In this document: positions 10,250 through 19,288 of the stretch, one piece after another | How the letters are laid out: each line of letters starts with the position of its first letter | Position numbering within the stretch: position 1 is the first letter of the stretch | DNA from: Escherichia phage ES19 | Strand: one strand, 5' to 3' | Sequence record: MN508616.2 | DNA length: 64,000 nucleotides | The notes under the pieces: model-generated | What the model saw: only the letters and a program-made list of their open reading frames with translations | Databases searched by the model: none | Told to the model about the DNA's origin: nothing | Translations under genes and position numbers: made by a program

Positions 10250-11932
10250 TTAAACCATTACAGTAAATCGACCGACTTTCTTCATTTGAAGATGCTGACC
10301 ATATTCTTGCGGGTCATGGTCTTTATGCGAAATTATAAAAACATTAGTGTTTTTCATTGAATTTATAATATTAGCTACACCTTTAATACCTTCGGCATCA
10401 AATGACCCATCAAACACTTCATCGAGTATTAACGTACTAATACTAACACCAGATACAATAGAAGCAATATCACGCCAAGTAAATAAAAGAGCAATATCAA
10501 TTCGTGCTTTTTCACCTTCACTAAATGAAGCATAACTAAAATCTTCACGACCACGGGATTTAATTATCTCATTAAATTCTTCATCTAATGTAAACACATA
10601 ATCCGCTTCCATTATTTTAAGATAATGGTTAATCTGCTTATTAAATAATGGAATGTACTTTTTAATAATAGCACCTTTAATACCAGAATCTTTGAGCATA
10701 TCAGTCAAAATTCCTCGGTGGTATTTTTCCATTACTAAATTAGTTTTTGTCTTAACAATTTTATCAAGTTCTTCTTGAAGCAGTGCTATTTCATCAGCAT
10801 GGTCAATAAACTCAGAAGATGCTTTTTCTATAGCTGCTTTAACTTTTTTAGCTTTATCTACCGTCGTGATTAGAGATTGCTTTTTATTGCGAATATCATT
10901 TGCCAACGACTGCTGAGTTTTAATATTATCTCGGTATTCATCAACAAGAACTTTTAAATTATCACGGTGTGTTGAAAGCTGTTCAAACGAATGCGTACAT
11001 TCAGAAACTTTATCTTTAATTTTAGAAACAACTTTATCACCGGAACTTAATTGTGACAAGCAGGTTGGACATAATCCACCTTCGTGATACATATTAATGA
11101 CTTTATTATACGAGTCAATTTTTGATTTAATTAAAACTGCTTCTTGACCGATTTTATTAAATGCATCAGTCGGGTCTTCATCCAAAACAATATTAACTAA
11201 TCTTTCGTTAGCTTCTTCTATTTCCGATTTTAGCATTCTAGCTTCTTTTGCCAAATCATCATACATATTTTGTAGACGTGTAAGGTTGTCACCCGTTAAT
11301 TTTTTCTGGCGTTCAACGTTATCATTATATATTTTAATTTGTTGGATAATACTATCTTTTTTAACATCAAGCACTTGGTTTTGTGAATTTAATTCACGTA
11401 TTAGTGCTTTATTAAGCTTATCCATTTCAGCTAATGTTCCTACCTCAAGCAGGTCTTCCACAAGCTTTCTTCGCGCAGGGGTCGACAAACCCATGAAAGG
11501 GGTATACCCTGCTGTACCAAGGACAACAATCTGCTTGAAACTGGCATATGACATTCCGATAAGCTGTTCAAATTCTGCTTGGAAATCTTTACTGCTGGCA
11601 GATTCATTAAGACGTGTACCGTTAACGGTGATTTCGAAAACGTTTGGTTTTTGTCCTCTTTTGATATAGTACTTTTTCTCATCATATTCCATCCACAGTT
11701 CAACTAAAAGTTCTTTCTTATTTGTGCTGTTTATTAATTGGCCTTTCTTTACATCACGAAATGGCTTGCCAAAAAGCCCAAATGTGATGGCTTCTAACAT
11801 AGTAGACTTACCACCGCCATTTCGTCCAGTAATAAGAGTTTTTTGAACCTTATCTAATTGAATGTCAATAGGATTTCCACCTACTGACATTATATTTTGA
11901 TACCTAACTCGGTTTAGTTTAAAATTCTTCAC
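10250..11932 (-). CDS. 46: recombination/repair nuclease subunit gp46 (Rad50/SbcC-like ATPase)
   Basis: 560-aa ORF; Walker A GRNGGGKST near the N terminus, long coiled-coil middle, CPTC zinc hook, C-terminal signature/D-loop region. Confidence 0.9.
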   Translation of the reverse strand: MKNFKLNRVRYQNIMSVGGNPIDIQLDKVQKTLITGRNGGGKSTMLEAITFGLFGKPFRDVKKGQLINSTNKKELLVELWMEYDEKKYYIKRGQKPNVFEITVNGTRLNESASSKDFQAEFEQLIGMSYASFKQIVVLGTAGYTPFMGLSTPARRKLVEDLLEVGTLAEMDKLNKALIRELNSQNQVLDVKKDSIIQQIKIYNDNVERQKKLTGDNLTRLQNMYDDLAKEARMLKSEIEEANERLVNIVLDEDPTDAFNKIGQEAVLIKSKIDSYNKVINMYHEGGLCPTCLSQLSSGDKVVSKIKDKVSECTHSFEQLSTHRDNLKVLVDEYRDNIKTQQSLANDIRNKKQSLITTVDKAKKVKAAIEKASSEFIDHADEIALLQEELDKIVKTKTNLVMEKYHRGILTDMLKDSGIKGAIIKKYIPLFNKQINHYLKIMEADYVFTLDEEFNEIIKSRGREDFSYASFSEGEKARIDIALLFTWRDIASIVSGVSISTLILDEVFDGSFDAEGIKGVANIINSMKNTNVFIISHKDHDPQEYGQHLQMKKVGRFTVMV

Positions 11933-12192
11933 AAAAGATTCCTTTTAATGTATCTTTTAGACCATTCTATCATATCATCATAATCTAAAAAGTATTCATC
12001 AAATTCAGCCATGCAAACAACGCCTTGTGCTGTTTTTGATGTAATATAAATTATTCCAACATATCTAGAATCTTCTTCGGTATAATCAATGTTTGCTATG
12101 AATTCATCATTAATGTCAAATGTCGAAAACTTCACAGTATGCATCCTTAATACAAGATACGGCCATATCTCGCAATGATTTAGGTGTGTCAT
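11929..12192 (-). CDS. hypothetical small protein (start uncertain)
   Basis: 87-aa ORF; overlaps the next ORF, so the true start may be the internal ATG at 12141. Confidence 0.4.
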   Translation of the reverse strand: MTHLNHCEIWPYLVLRMHTVKFSTFDINDEFIANIDYTEEDSRYVGIIYITSKTAQGVVCMAEFDEYFLDYDDMIEWSKRYIKRNLL

Positions 12193-12379
12193 TATCTAAA
12201 ATGTTGAAGTTAAAAGATACAGCCCAGTCAGTGCAGACCGTGACCTTTTTAATACAATTATCTTCAACCTCTAGCGGTTCAAACCAATATTCAATAATTT
12301 CTTTATGCCCAATATCATCTTTTACTTCGCATTCAAAATGCTGACTCATCATAACATTTTTAAATTCATCAAAAGTCAT
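12116..12379 (-). CDS. hypothetical small protein
   Basis: 87-aa ORF MTFDEFKNVMMSQHFECEVKDDIGHKEII...; start overlaps the gene 47 stop. Confidence 0.45.
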   Translation of the reverse strand: MTFDEFKNVMMSQHFECEVKDDIGHKEIIEYWFEPLEVEDNCIKKVTVCTDWAVSFNFNILDNDTPKSLRDMAVSCIKDAYCEVFDI

Positions 12380-13395
12380 TGTGTTGCCTCTACATATAAC
12401 TGATTTGCATATTGAATAAGTGCTTCACGGTCAGAATCAGTGATGTCTGGAATTGCATTAATGTATTCTTCCATCAACGTCTGAAGAGATTGAACTTCAA
12501 CTTCTTCACTGTCATCTGACTCGACAGAGTTATCAATCTTTGACACAACTCGTAATGAATGCACAACTTTTTCTAGTTCAGATTCGAACTTCGTTAGATT
12601 TTTGTCTACTTCAGTTACTATAACACGTACTGATAGATTTGTAAAATCTTTATAGTCAATTTTTCCTTTAAATGGATAATGAATTCTACGATGCCAGGTA
12701 GTGTTGTTTGGAATAAATTCCATTCGTTCTGTTTCTGTATCAAACATCCAGAACCCACGAGGGTCATTCTCGTCACCTGCAGTTAGTGTCCATGGTGTCC
12801 CAATATATCTGACGTTAGCAGCCTCAGAGATAGTATGGAAGTGACCAGACCACACCTCTTTATAAGTCTTAAGGAAATCAGGTTCAAGACCGTGAGATTT
12901 CATTCCTTTATAAAAATAAAATCCATTCAGTTCCCAGTGACCAACACAAAAAGAAGCAGATGAAGTTTTAATATGTTCAAGAATTTCACCAGTATTTTCT
13001 TCGCACATCCAAGGAATTAAATCAATCAAACATCCGTCAAAATCTACTGTAGTAGGCTTATCATATACTTTAACATTAGGATATTTAGCCAAAAGCTCAG
13101 TAGAAGCATTTGGATGCATTACATTTTTGTAGTGAAGATCGTGATTTCCTACAATAGTATGTAATGTGATTCCAGCACCATCAAGTATTTGAACTATTTC
13201 ACGGGCAAACTCCATAGTTTTATGCGTGATCGCTTTTCGCACATCAAAAATATCACCGTATTGAATCCATACCGTAATTCCATTTTTCTTAGAATATTCT
13301 ATCGCTTGCTTAATTCCATCAATTTGAATACCGCGAATCCACTCATCATCAGCTTTAACGCCTAAATGCCAATCACCTAAATTTAAAATTTTCAT
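12376..13395 (-). CDS. 47: recombination/repair nuclease subunit gp47 (Mre11/SbcD-like)
   Basis: 339-aa ORF MKILNLGDWHLGVKADDEW...; calcineurin-like phosphoesterase motifs (GDWHLG, GDIFD, GNHD). Confidence 0.9.
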   Translation of the reverse strand: MKILNLGDWHLGVKADDEWIRGIQIDGIKQAIEYSKKNGITVWIQYGDIFDVRKAITHKTMEFAREIVQILDGAGITLHTIVGNHDLHYKNVMHPNASTELLAKYPNVKVYDKPTTVDFDGCLIDLIPWMCEENTGEILEHIKTSSASFCVGHWELNGFYFYKGMKSHGLEPDFLKTYKEVWSGHFHTISEAANVRYIGTPWTLTAGDENDPRGFWMFDTETERMEFIPNNTTWHRRIHYPFKGKIDYKDFTNLSVRVIVTEVDKNLTKFESELEKVVHSLRVVSKIDNSVESDDSEEVEVQSLQTLMEEYINAIPDITDSDREALIQYANQLYVEATQ

Positions 13396-13556
13396 ATATC
13401 AAGAACCGTCATTGAAATGCAAAATAAAATTATTGAAATAAACCCATCTGGTGTGCTAAAGAAACCAATCCAGCATGCTCTAGTGAATAGATAAAATGCA
13501 AGAAAAAGTATCACATATCCAAGAAATATCATTATATCAAACTCCGTATAAAGCTA

Positions 13557-13574
13557 AAGGGCCGAAGCCCTTTA
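13557..13574 (-). other. intercistronic RNA hairpin with UUCG tetraloop
   Basis: Minus-strand AAAGGGC-UUCG-GCCCTTT overlapping the a-gt stop; identical to the hairpin at 8847. Confidence 0.5.
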
Positions 13575-14774
13575 TTTTGTAATAATGTCAAACTGTTCTT
13601 TAAAGCAGAAGCTTGAATCTTGATGCTGATACAAAAATTCATATGCTTTTTCTCGCTCACGGTCATAAAGAGCTCGGTCAGATGACAGTTCTTTAATACG
13701 TTCAAACGTTGATTCCATATCATTTTCATCAAACCAAATGATACCGCTATCATGCGAGGTCAAAGGAGTATTATCAACACGGAATTTTAAATTTTCGCCA
13801 GTAGATTTCCAAAATACCGGAATTGTTCCACATGCACCAAGCTCGAGATGAGTATATTCTAAAGAACGTTGTAGATATTTTTTGTCCAACTTACTCAGCT
13901 GATAACCAAAACCGGATTTACTCATGCGTTCAAGCATTTCGCTATTTACATAACGGTCAAGAATTTGCGTTGGCAAATTAGGAGCAATTTTAATTTGGTC
14001 TACTTGATGAAGACGATAATACTCGTATGGAATTCCCTTTTCTTTAATAGGAATGAACGCTGGAGAACGTTCCAGACCTTCCATAATAGTACTTAGTCCT
14101 GCAGGTTTAAGATGTTTTTCATGAAAATCAAACATCTGGTAAAAACCTTTCCATGTAGTAGTACGACCAATCCAACGGTTGATATTCATGTTAATTTCAG
14201 AAACATCTTTCCAGTAGGTTGATCGAACCTTCGCAATATCCATAGGAGGCTGAAAGTTATATACGGTCGGTGCTTCTTCAATATCATCAAACAGAGAAAC
14301 GGTTTCTGGATACCATTCTTTCATCAGAACTTTATTAAAATCACCATTATCAGAATGGCTAAAAATAACATCAGCTCGACGAACAGTTTCTTCTAATCCC
14401 AAATTTCGGCGCAAAGAAAGAGAAGAATGGTCATGTTGATAAACTACAACACGAACAGAAGGTTTAATGTTATCAATAATTTTTTTATAGTTATTAATAG
14501 TGTCTTCTTCAACCGAAGTAGCAGGAACTGAATTGATAATTAGAATATCACAATCATTTACCAGCTTAAGTGTTTTATCATATTCTTTTGCCAATAAAAC
14601 CGGAATTGAAAATGATTTATAATCATGCGCGCAATTACGAGTAAATGATTTATCTTTAGCATAAACCAAAGTTACTTCATGACCATTCTTAATAAACCAA
14701 TCACGTTGCTCAAGAGAAAATTTAGTTACACCACAACCTTCAAGACCTCGAGCCATAAAAATACATACTTTCAT
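13572..14774 (-). CDS. a-gt: alpha-glucosyltransferase (HMC-DNA alpha-glucosylation)
   Basis: 400-aa ORF MKVCIFMARGLEGCGVTKFSLEQRDWFIKNGHEVTLVYAKD...; length and sequence match T4 alpha-gt. Confidence 0.9.
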   Translation of the reverse strand: MKVCIFMARGLEGCGVTKFSLEQRDWFIKNGHEVTLVYAKDKSFTRNCAHDYKSFSIPVLLAKEYDKTLKLVNDCDILIINSVPATSVEEDTINNYKKIIDNIKPSVRVVVYQHDHSSLSLRRNLGLEETVRRADVIFSHSDNGDFNKVLMKEWYPETVSLFDDIEEAPTVYNFQPPMDIAKVRSTYWKDVSEINMNINRWIGRTTTWKGFYQMFDFHEKHLKPAGLSTIMEGLERSPAFIPIKEKGIPYEYYRLHQVDQIKIAPNLPTQILDRYVNSEMLERMSKSGFGYQLSKLDKKYLQRSLEYTHLELGACGTIPVFWKSTGENLKFRVDNTPLTSHDSGIIWFDENDMESTFERIKELSSDRALYDREREKAYEFLYQHQDSSFCFKEQFDIITK

Positions 14775-14824
14775 TTAATATCCTCTTTATTTTGGTTTAT
14801 TTTACCAAAAAATTTATAAAGCAA

Positions 14825-14844
14825 TATAGGAGCCGAAGCTCCTA
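14825..14844 (-). other. intercistronic RNA hairpin with UUCG tetraloop
   Basis: Minus-strand ATAGGAGC-UUCG-GCTCCTAT. Confidence 0.45.
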
Positions 14845-15018
14845 TCCACATAATACGCCATACAGAGGCTCGTTAGAACTTTTAAATTTTATGCGCTTAT
14901 ATTTTATAGTTCCTTCTGCTTTAGCTTTATCATGAGACGCTTTAAAGAGTCTCATCATTTCCTCTTTAGAGGAACGAATTTTATTATAATCTATTTCAGA
15001 AGTCTGGGTGTTCATCTT

Positions 15019-15225
15019 TCATAACTGCCACCATTTTTTGACTTGATAAGAATCAACCCACACTTTCATATTAGGGTCTGCTCTTACAATAGGAGGATTA
15101 ACTTCTTTAATTGAACTATCATGGTATTCTTTTTCAGAAATTTTCACACAAAGATGACCATTCAGAGATTCAGTAAATCCTGCATTAATTTTAAGACGCT
15201 TGAATTTTACGTGTGTAAGCATCAA
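15019..15225 (-). CDS. hypothetical small protein
   Basis: 68-aa ORF between gene 55 and a-gt. Confidence 0.4.
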   Translation of the reverse strand: MMLTHVKFKRLKINAGFTESLNGHLCVKISEKEYHDSSIKEVNPPIVRADPNMKVWVDSYQVKKWWQL

Positions 15226-15508
15226 TCATATCCTCAATCTGCGATCTAGTAGTCTTCCAAAGAATACTAATGAGTTCATCGTTATATGGCTGTTTTAGAA
15301 TATCCCGACTTTTCTTGATAGCATATTCGTATTGAGCAAAATTATTATTTTCAGCTGCGATCTGAGCGTGCTTATAAAGACGATTCAGTTCGCGTTTGTT
15401 TTTAGACAATAACTTATTTGCTTTTCTTTCTGCTTCAAGACGGTTCTTTTCTTCAATAGAAGAAATAAGCTTTTCCACTTCATCATTAATTTCGGGTTTA
15501 TCAGTCAT
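15191..15508 (-). CDS. hypothetical small protein
   Basis: 105-aa ORF, charged/helical; start preceded by the stop of the upstream ORF. Confidence 0.45.
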   Translation of the reverse strand: MTDKPEINDEVEKLISSIEEKNRLEAERKANKLLSKNKRELNRLYKHAQIAAENNNFAQYEYAIKKSRDILKQPYNDELISILWKTTRSQIEDMIDAYTRKIQAS

Positions 15509-15509
15509 A

Positions 15510-15728
15510 TTATTTCTCTAATATAAAATAAAAATCATCATCTGTTAAATGATACCGATAGTTTAATTCTACACCATTAGATTTAAAAGCGGTATCATAC
15601 GGATTTTCTGGGTCAATATCAATGTCAAGAGCTAAAACTTCCCTGAGATACATTTTAAGTAAATAGGGAATAGCTTCAACTTCAGGTATTTCTTCCAAGA
15701 ATCCGGAGAGGTTAATCGTTAGCCTCAT
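15510..15728 (-). CDS. hypothetical small protein
   Basis: 72-aa ORF packed against gene 55. Confidence 0.45.
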
Positions 15729-16269
15729 ATAAAAAATCCAAACTAGGAGAATCGTCTACAACACTTTTCTTTTCAGCCCCCGGTGTTCTATAGGTTGATT
15801 CTTCGTAATGCGTCATTTTATCGTAGATGTCTTGAATAAAAGTTTCATCTACTAACGCAACCATATCGTCGTCACGACTGTCATAGACATTGTGAACGAA
15901 GTAACTATATTTCTTTGCAACTTCCTTACGTTCTTTTTTAATACGTTGGACGAATGCATTAAAACAAGCTTGAGTTATATATGCATGTGGGTTTTTATAT
16001 TTCGTTTCATCAAAATTATGAAGCCCCTTAATAGAAGCTTCTATACCATCTGCAATCATTTCTTGTTTCCAAGACTGGGTGTATCCTGAAAAGTTGAAAC
16101 GTTTAGATAAGCCTTCTGCAATAAGCATAATGGCTAATCCGATAGTATCATTCTGACGAACTACTTTATTTGGGTCTTTATTATTTGCTAATTCTGTTTT
16201 CCAATCAATAATAGCTTGTAAAAGCTCTTTATTGTTTACGTAATTATATTTAGGCTTAGTTTCTGACAT
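15712..16269 (-). CDS. 55: late-transcription sigma factor gp55
   Basis: Start placed at [33 protein letters not shown] (185 aa); matches T4 gp55. Confidence 0.9.
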
Positions 16270-16347
16270 TTTCACCTCTTAGCTCAATTCATAGATCTAT
16301 TATATCATAATATTTGAAGATCTATCTTAAAGCATAGAGGATATCAG

Positions 16348-16617
16348 TTATCTAAGTAAACAATATGCTTGGAATACTTTCTCCATCATCTTTTTAAATT
16401 CATGAATATCTATATAATGACTAGTTAAATCAGCATGATATAAAAAGTCTAAAAACTTTTCATGTGTGCTAACGTATTCACTTTCATTTAATTCAGAAAC
16501 ATGACTTTCCCAATATCCAACACCAGTCTTATTTGGGAAAAATGAAATTTTCATGTATTGGTCAACATAGAAAATGCCATAATTTTCAATAGTAATAGAA
16601 ATATTAATAAATTTCAT
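16348..16617 (-). CDS. hypothetical small protein
   Basis: 89-aa ORF on the early strand. Confidence 0.4.
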   Translation of the reverse strand: MKFINISITIENYGIFYVDQYMKISFFPNKTGVGYWESHVSELNESEYVSTHEKFLDFLYHADLTSHYIDIHEFKKMMEKVFQAYCLLR

Positions 16618-16829
16618 ACATTCATCAACTTAGCAGCTTCAAGAGCTGCATCTAGTGAATCAAATTGGTCAACATATTCAATCAATTCGCCGTAATTGGC
16701 ATATAACCACCATTGGCTAAATTCATACTCAAGGATGAATCCGTTTCCTTCAATTTGAGTTAAACCAATGCCATTTGTATTTACTTCATATCCAGCAAGA
16801 CGCAAATCGTTAATAAGAGCTTCGTTCAT
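16614..16829 (-). CDS. hypothetical small protein
   Basis: 71-aa ORF; stop/start overlap with neighbours. Confidence 0.4.
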   Translation of the reverse strand: MNEALINDLRLAGYEVNTNGIGLTQIEGNGFILEYEFSQWWLYANYGELIEYVDQFDSLDAALEAAKLMNV

Positions 16830-16831
16830 AA

Positions 16832-17101
16832 TTATACCTTAGTAATTTTCAGGTCTGCAAATTTTTTCTTGCGTTGATTTTTCATGCGACGAATAGTTTT
16901 ATCGGAAATTTCATGCTTTTGATAAGCTTTAGATTCTACACCAAAAGCTTTAACATCAAATTCTGACAAGATATATTGAACCAACAATTCACGGACAGTA
17001 TTGCGTCCAATCTTCTGATCATTCTGTTTCATCATCTGATGAAGCTCTTTTTCCCATTTATCCAAAATTTGAGGAGTTACAATATCGCCTTTTTCTAGCA
17101 A
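16832..17101 (-). CDS. hypothetical small protein
   Basis: 89-aa ORF, basic C terminus. Confidence 0.4.
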   Translation of the reverse strand: MLEKGDIVTPQILDKWEKELHQMMKQNDQKIGRNTVRELLVQYILSEFDVKAFGVESKAYQKHEISDKTIRRMKNQRKKKFADLKITKV

Positions 17102-17191
17102 AGAAACTACTTTATCATATGCGTAAGAATTAATGACGTTTTTAATCTAAATAGTCATACATTATCCTCAATTACGTTAAAATTTTATTAT

Positions 17192-17214
17192 CCAAAAAAG
17201 GGCCGAAGCCCTTA
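17192..17214 (-). terminator. intrinsic terminator (UUCG hairpin plus U-run)
   Basis: Minus-strand AAGGGC-UUCG-GCCCTT followed by TTTTTTGG, directly after the ORF ending at 17212. Confidence 0.55.
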
Positions 17215-17412
17215 GCTAAACTTTTTGGCACCCTTCCAGCCTTCGTACATCATTGCGACTGACAATGACAAAGCTCCTTCACATGCTGCATACTTATTAT
17301 TCCAGAACCAATTTAGAAAAACTTCATCCTCAATACCATTGTGTTTCATGTTCTGGAAAAATTTGGCGCGTTCTTCAGCAATTCGCTGCGATAATTTAGA
17401 TTCAGGATTCAT
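17212..17412 (-). CDS. hypothetical small protein
   Basis: 66-aa ORF. Confidence 0.4.
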   Translation of the reverse strand: MNPESKLSQRIAEERAKFFQNMKHNGIEDEVFLNWFWNNKYAACEGALSLSVAMMYEGWKGAKKFS

Positions 17413-17544
17413 TTAAATTTCCCAATTACCATTTTCATCAATAAATTTAATCCAGTCATTTACTGACCACTTAGTTGTATCGCCTTTTGGAGTAGCATTT
17501 AAAGTATATAGCCCTTGCTTAAAAAGCATTCGTTTGATATTCAT
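17413..17544 (-). CDS. hypothetical small protein (start at internal ATG)
   Basis: ATG at 17544 preceded by GAGGAAAAT; the longer tracked ORF would overlap the upstream gene. Confidence 0.4.
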   Translation of the reverse strand: MNIKRMLFKQGLYTLNATPKGDTTKWSVNDWIKFIDENGNWEI

Positions 17545-17551
17545 ATTTTCC

Positions 17552-17845
17552 TCAGCTGTAACGATAACACTCGTTTGATTTGCGTTTAGCAACTCGTTGA
17601 GAAGTATTATAATCAAAATCATCGTCAATGTAAACTGATTTTTTCAACTTTCTTACTTCACCACGTAATTGACGATTCAATTCATTCTTAACCTCTGAAT
17701 CAACACCTCGCATACGTCGCCATTTATCTGAGCGAAAAATGTTTTCAACCATATCTTTATGACTTACACCATCAGGAGCTTTACGCTTTCCGAAATAGTC
17801 ATAATCACGCACTTTTAAGTCTTTACGACGATACGTTTTACCCAT
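17552..17845 (-). CDS. hypothetical basic protein
   Basis: MGKTYRRKDLKVRDYDYFGKRKAPDG...; start chosen at an internal ATG to limit overlap. Confidence 0.4.
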   Translation of the reverse strand: MGKTYRRKDLKVRDYDYFGKRKAPDGVSHKDMVENIFRSDKWRRMRGVDSEVKNELNRQLRGEVRKLKKSVYIDDDFDYNTSQRVAKRKSNECYRYS

Positions 17846-18020
17846 GGAGTTTAATTTCCTTAGCAACTGAACTAAATGCAGCACGATCGCAAATCATGCG
17901 TTTATGTAACTTGAGTATAATATAGCAAACTTCAAAACTATTTACATGAGTAACACGAACAGCATTACCATTAATGAGATAATACTGTCCCTTTTTAATT
18001 TCTTTATCAACCATAACCAT
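17838..18020 (-). CDS. hypothetical small protein
   Basis: 60-aa ORF MVMVDKEIKKGQYYLING... immediately downstream of an early promoter. Confidence 0.45.
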   Translation of the reverse strand: MVMVDKEIKKGQYYLINGNAVRVTHVNSFEVCYIILKLHKRMICDRAAFSSVAKEIKLHG

Positions 18021-18050
18021 ATCAATTCCTCAAAGGTAATTCATATGTTA

Positions 18051-18080
18051 ATAATACCACGGTTTGAACTTGTTGTAAAC
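18051..18080 (-). promoter_or_regulatory. T4-type early promoter (-35 GTTTAC, -10 TATTAT)
   Basis: Minus strand AAAATATTTTTCACAAAGTTGTTTAC...TGGTATTAT upstream of the ATG at 18020. Confidence 0.55.
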
Positions 18081-18155
18081 AACTTTGTGAAAAATATTTT
18101 AGGGAATGATAAGAAAGGAACGATAGCTTAGAATGGTAATATACAGAATGTAAGA

Positions 18156-18175
18156 AAGAAAGGCCCAGAGGGCCC
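18156..18175 (-). terminator. putative intrinsic terminator after nrdH
   Basis: GC-rich 5-bp hairpin (GGCCC/GGGCC) followed on the minus strand by a U-rich run. Confidence 0.35.
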
Positions 18176-18178
18176 GTC

Positions 18179-18487
18179 TTAGTCTTCTATGATATCTCTA
18201 TCATATCCAAGTGAAATGAGAGTTTCTTTGAAGTGTTTAATGTTCTTTTGTCTAGAATCATTAATGAAAATGACTGGATAACGAATGTTAAGAGATGTGA
18301 ATCCAGCGCGTTTAGCAAGAGATACAATCAGTGGACGATCATACTCAATCTTACCATTATTTGTAAGAACTTTATAGAAAGTAAAAGGAGCATTGAGCTC
18401 CTTTAGAAGTTTTGTAACTGATTGACATCCAGGACAACGACCAACTTCATCTGGAATTCCATAGACTTCAATCTTATTTTGTTTCAC
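18179..18487 (-). CDS. nrdH: glutaredoxin-like protein NrdH
   Basis: 102-aa ORF with CPGC redox motif; position next to nrdG/nrdD. Confidence 0.75.
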   Translation of the reverse strand: MKQNKIEVYGIPDEVGRCPGCQSVTKLLKELNAPFTFYKVLTNNGKIEYDRPLIVSLAKRAGFTSLNIRYPVIFINDSRQKNIKHFKETLISLGYDRDIIED

Positions 18488-18489
18488 AA

Positions 18490-18702
18490 CTATTCCTTAC
18501 TAAGAGCAGCATTCAACTTATTAGTAATTTTATCCAAACGCTCATTAAACTCACTAGAAGATAAGCCCTTTTCTGGAGAAATCAAACTAATTACGAAAAA
18601 TATAACAATAAAAGGAATAAGGAAAATAGCTCCAACTGCCATAAACAGAAAGAATGTTACAGTTGTAAGAAAATCAGCTAAACCTTTACGAAATTTATAC
18701 AT
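18490..18702 (-). CDS. hypothetical small membrane protein
   Basis: 70-aa ORF with one hydrophobic helix (VTFFLFMAVGAIFLIPFIVIFFVISLI). Confidence 0.45.
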   Translation of the reverse strand: MYKFRKGLADFLTTVTFFLFMAVGAIFLIPFIVIFFVISLISPEKGLSSSEFNERLDKITNKLNAALSKE

Positions 18703-18817
18703 ATTTTACCCTTAATTAATTAACCAAGCATTGATAAGCACTAAACTATATTGGGAATAAAATTCTGGACCAAAATGAAAAATCATATCATTTATAGTAT
18801 CCATAATATAATTCAAT

Positions 18818-19288
18818 TTAATCATGTTTCCACACCCCATCGGTATTTGACCAAAGCCGCTGATTATCTGATCCTCGCCACAGCTTTTTAGTCGGAAGAT
18901 TTTTCTCATACTTCCCATCAATAATAACATCAACATATTTAAGCATTTCTAGTTGTTTAATATCTTCAAATTTATATCCTGTCCACAACCAAATGCTTTT
19001 ATTGGGATAAAGATTTTTTACTGTTTGAACAATGCAATGAATAACATCTCGATTATCAGGATAGAGAGGGTCACCTCCGGTTATAGTCAATCCTTCTATA
19101 TAATCATTATTCAAACATTCAATTAATTGCTCTAGTGTTTCACCAGTGAATGGAATACCATTTCTAGCATTCCATGTTGATTTATTATAACACCCTTCAC
19201 ATTTATGCAAACAACCTGTAACGAAAAGAACGACCCTACAACCAGGGCCATTCACAAAATCGCAAGGATAAAATCTATCATAATTCAT
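18818..19288 (-). CDS. nrdG: anaerobic ribonucleotide reductase activase NrdG (radical SAM)
   Basis: 156-aa ORF with CLHKCEGC radical-SAM cluster motif; overlaps the nrdD stop. Confidence 0.9.
   Translation of the reverse strand: MNYDRFYPCDFVNGPGCRVVLFVTGCLHKCEGCYNKSTWNARNGIPFTGETLEQLIECLNNDYIEGLTITGGDPLYPDNRDVIHCIVQTVKNLYPNKSIWLWTGYKFEDIKQLEMLKYVDVIIDGKYEKNLPTKKLWRGSDNQRLWSNTDGVWKHD

Noticed and set aside
13532-13753. 73-aa ORF overlapping the 3' end of a-gt
   Set aside because: It is out of frame within a-gt and begins downstream of the a-gt stop region without a start context.
18712-18936. 74-aa ORF overlapping the 3' end of nrdG
   Set aside because: It overlaps nrdG by about 120 nt in another frame; at most a short ORF from an internal ATG could be real, which I cannot support.
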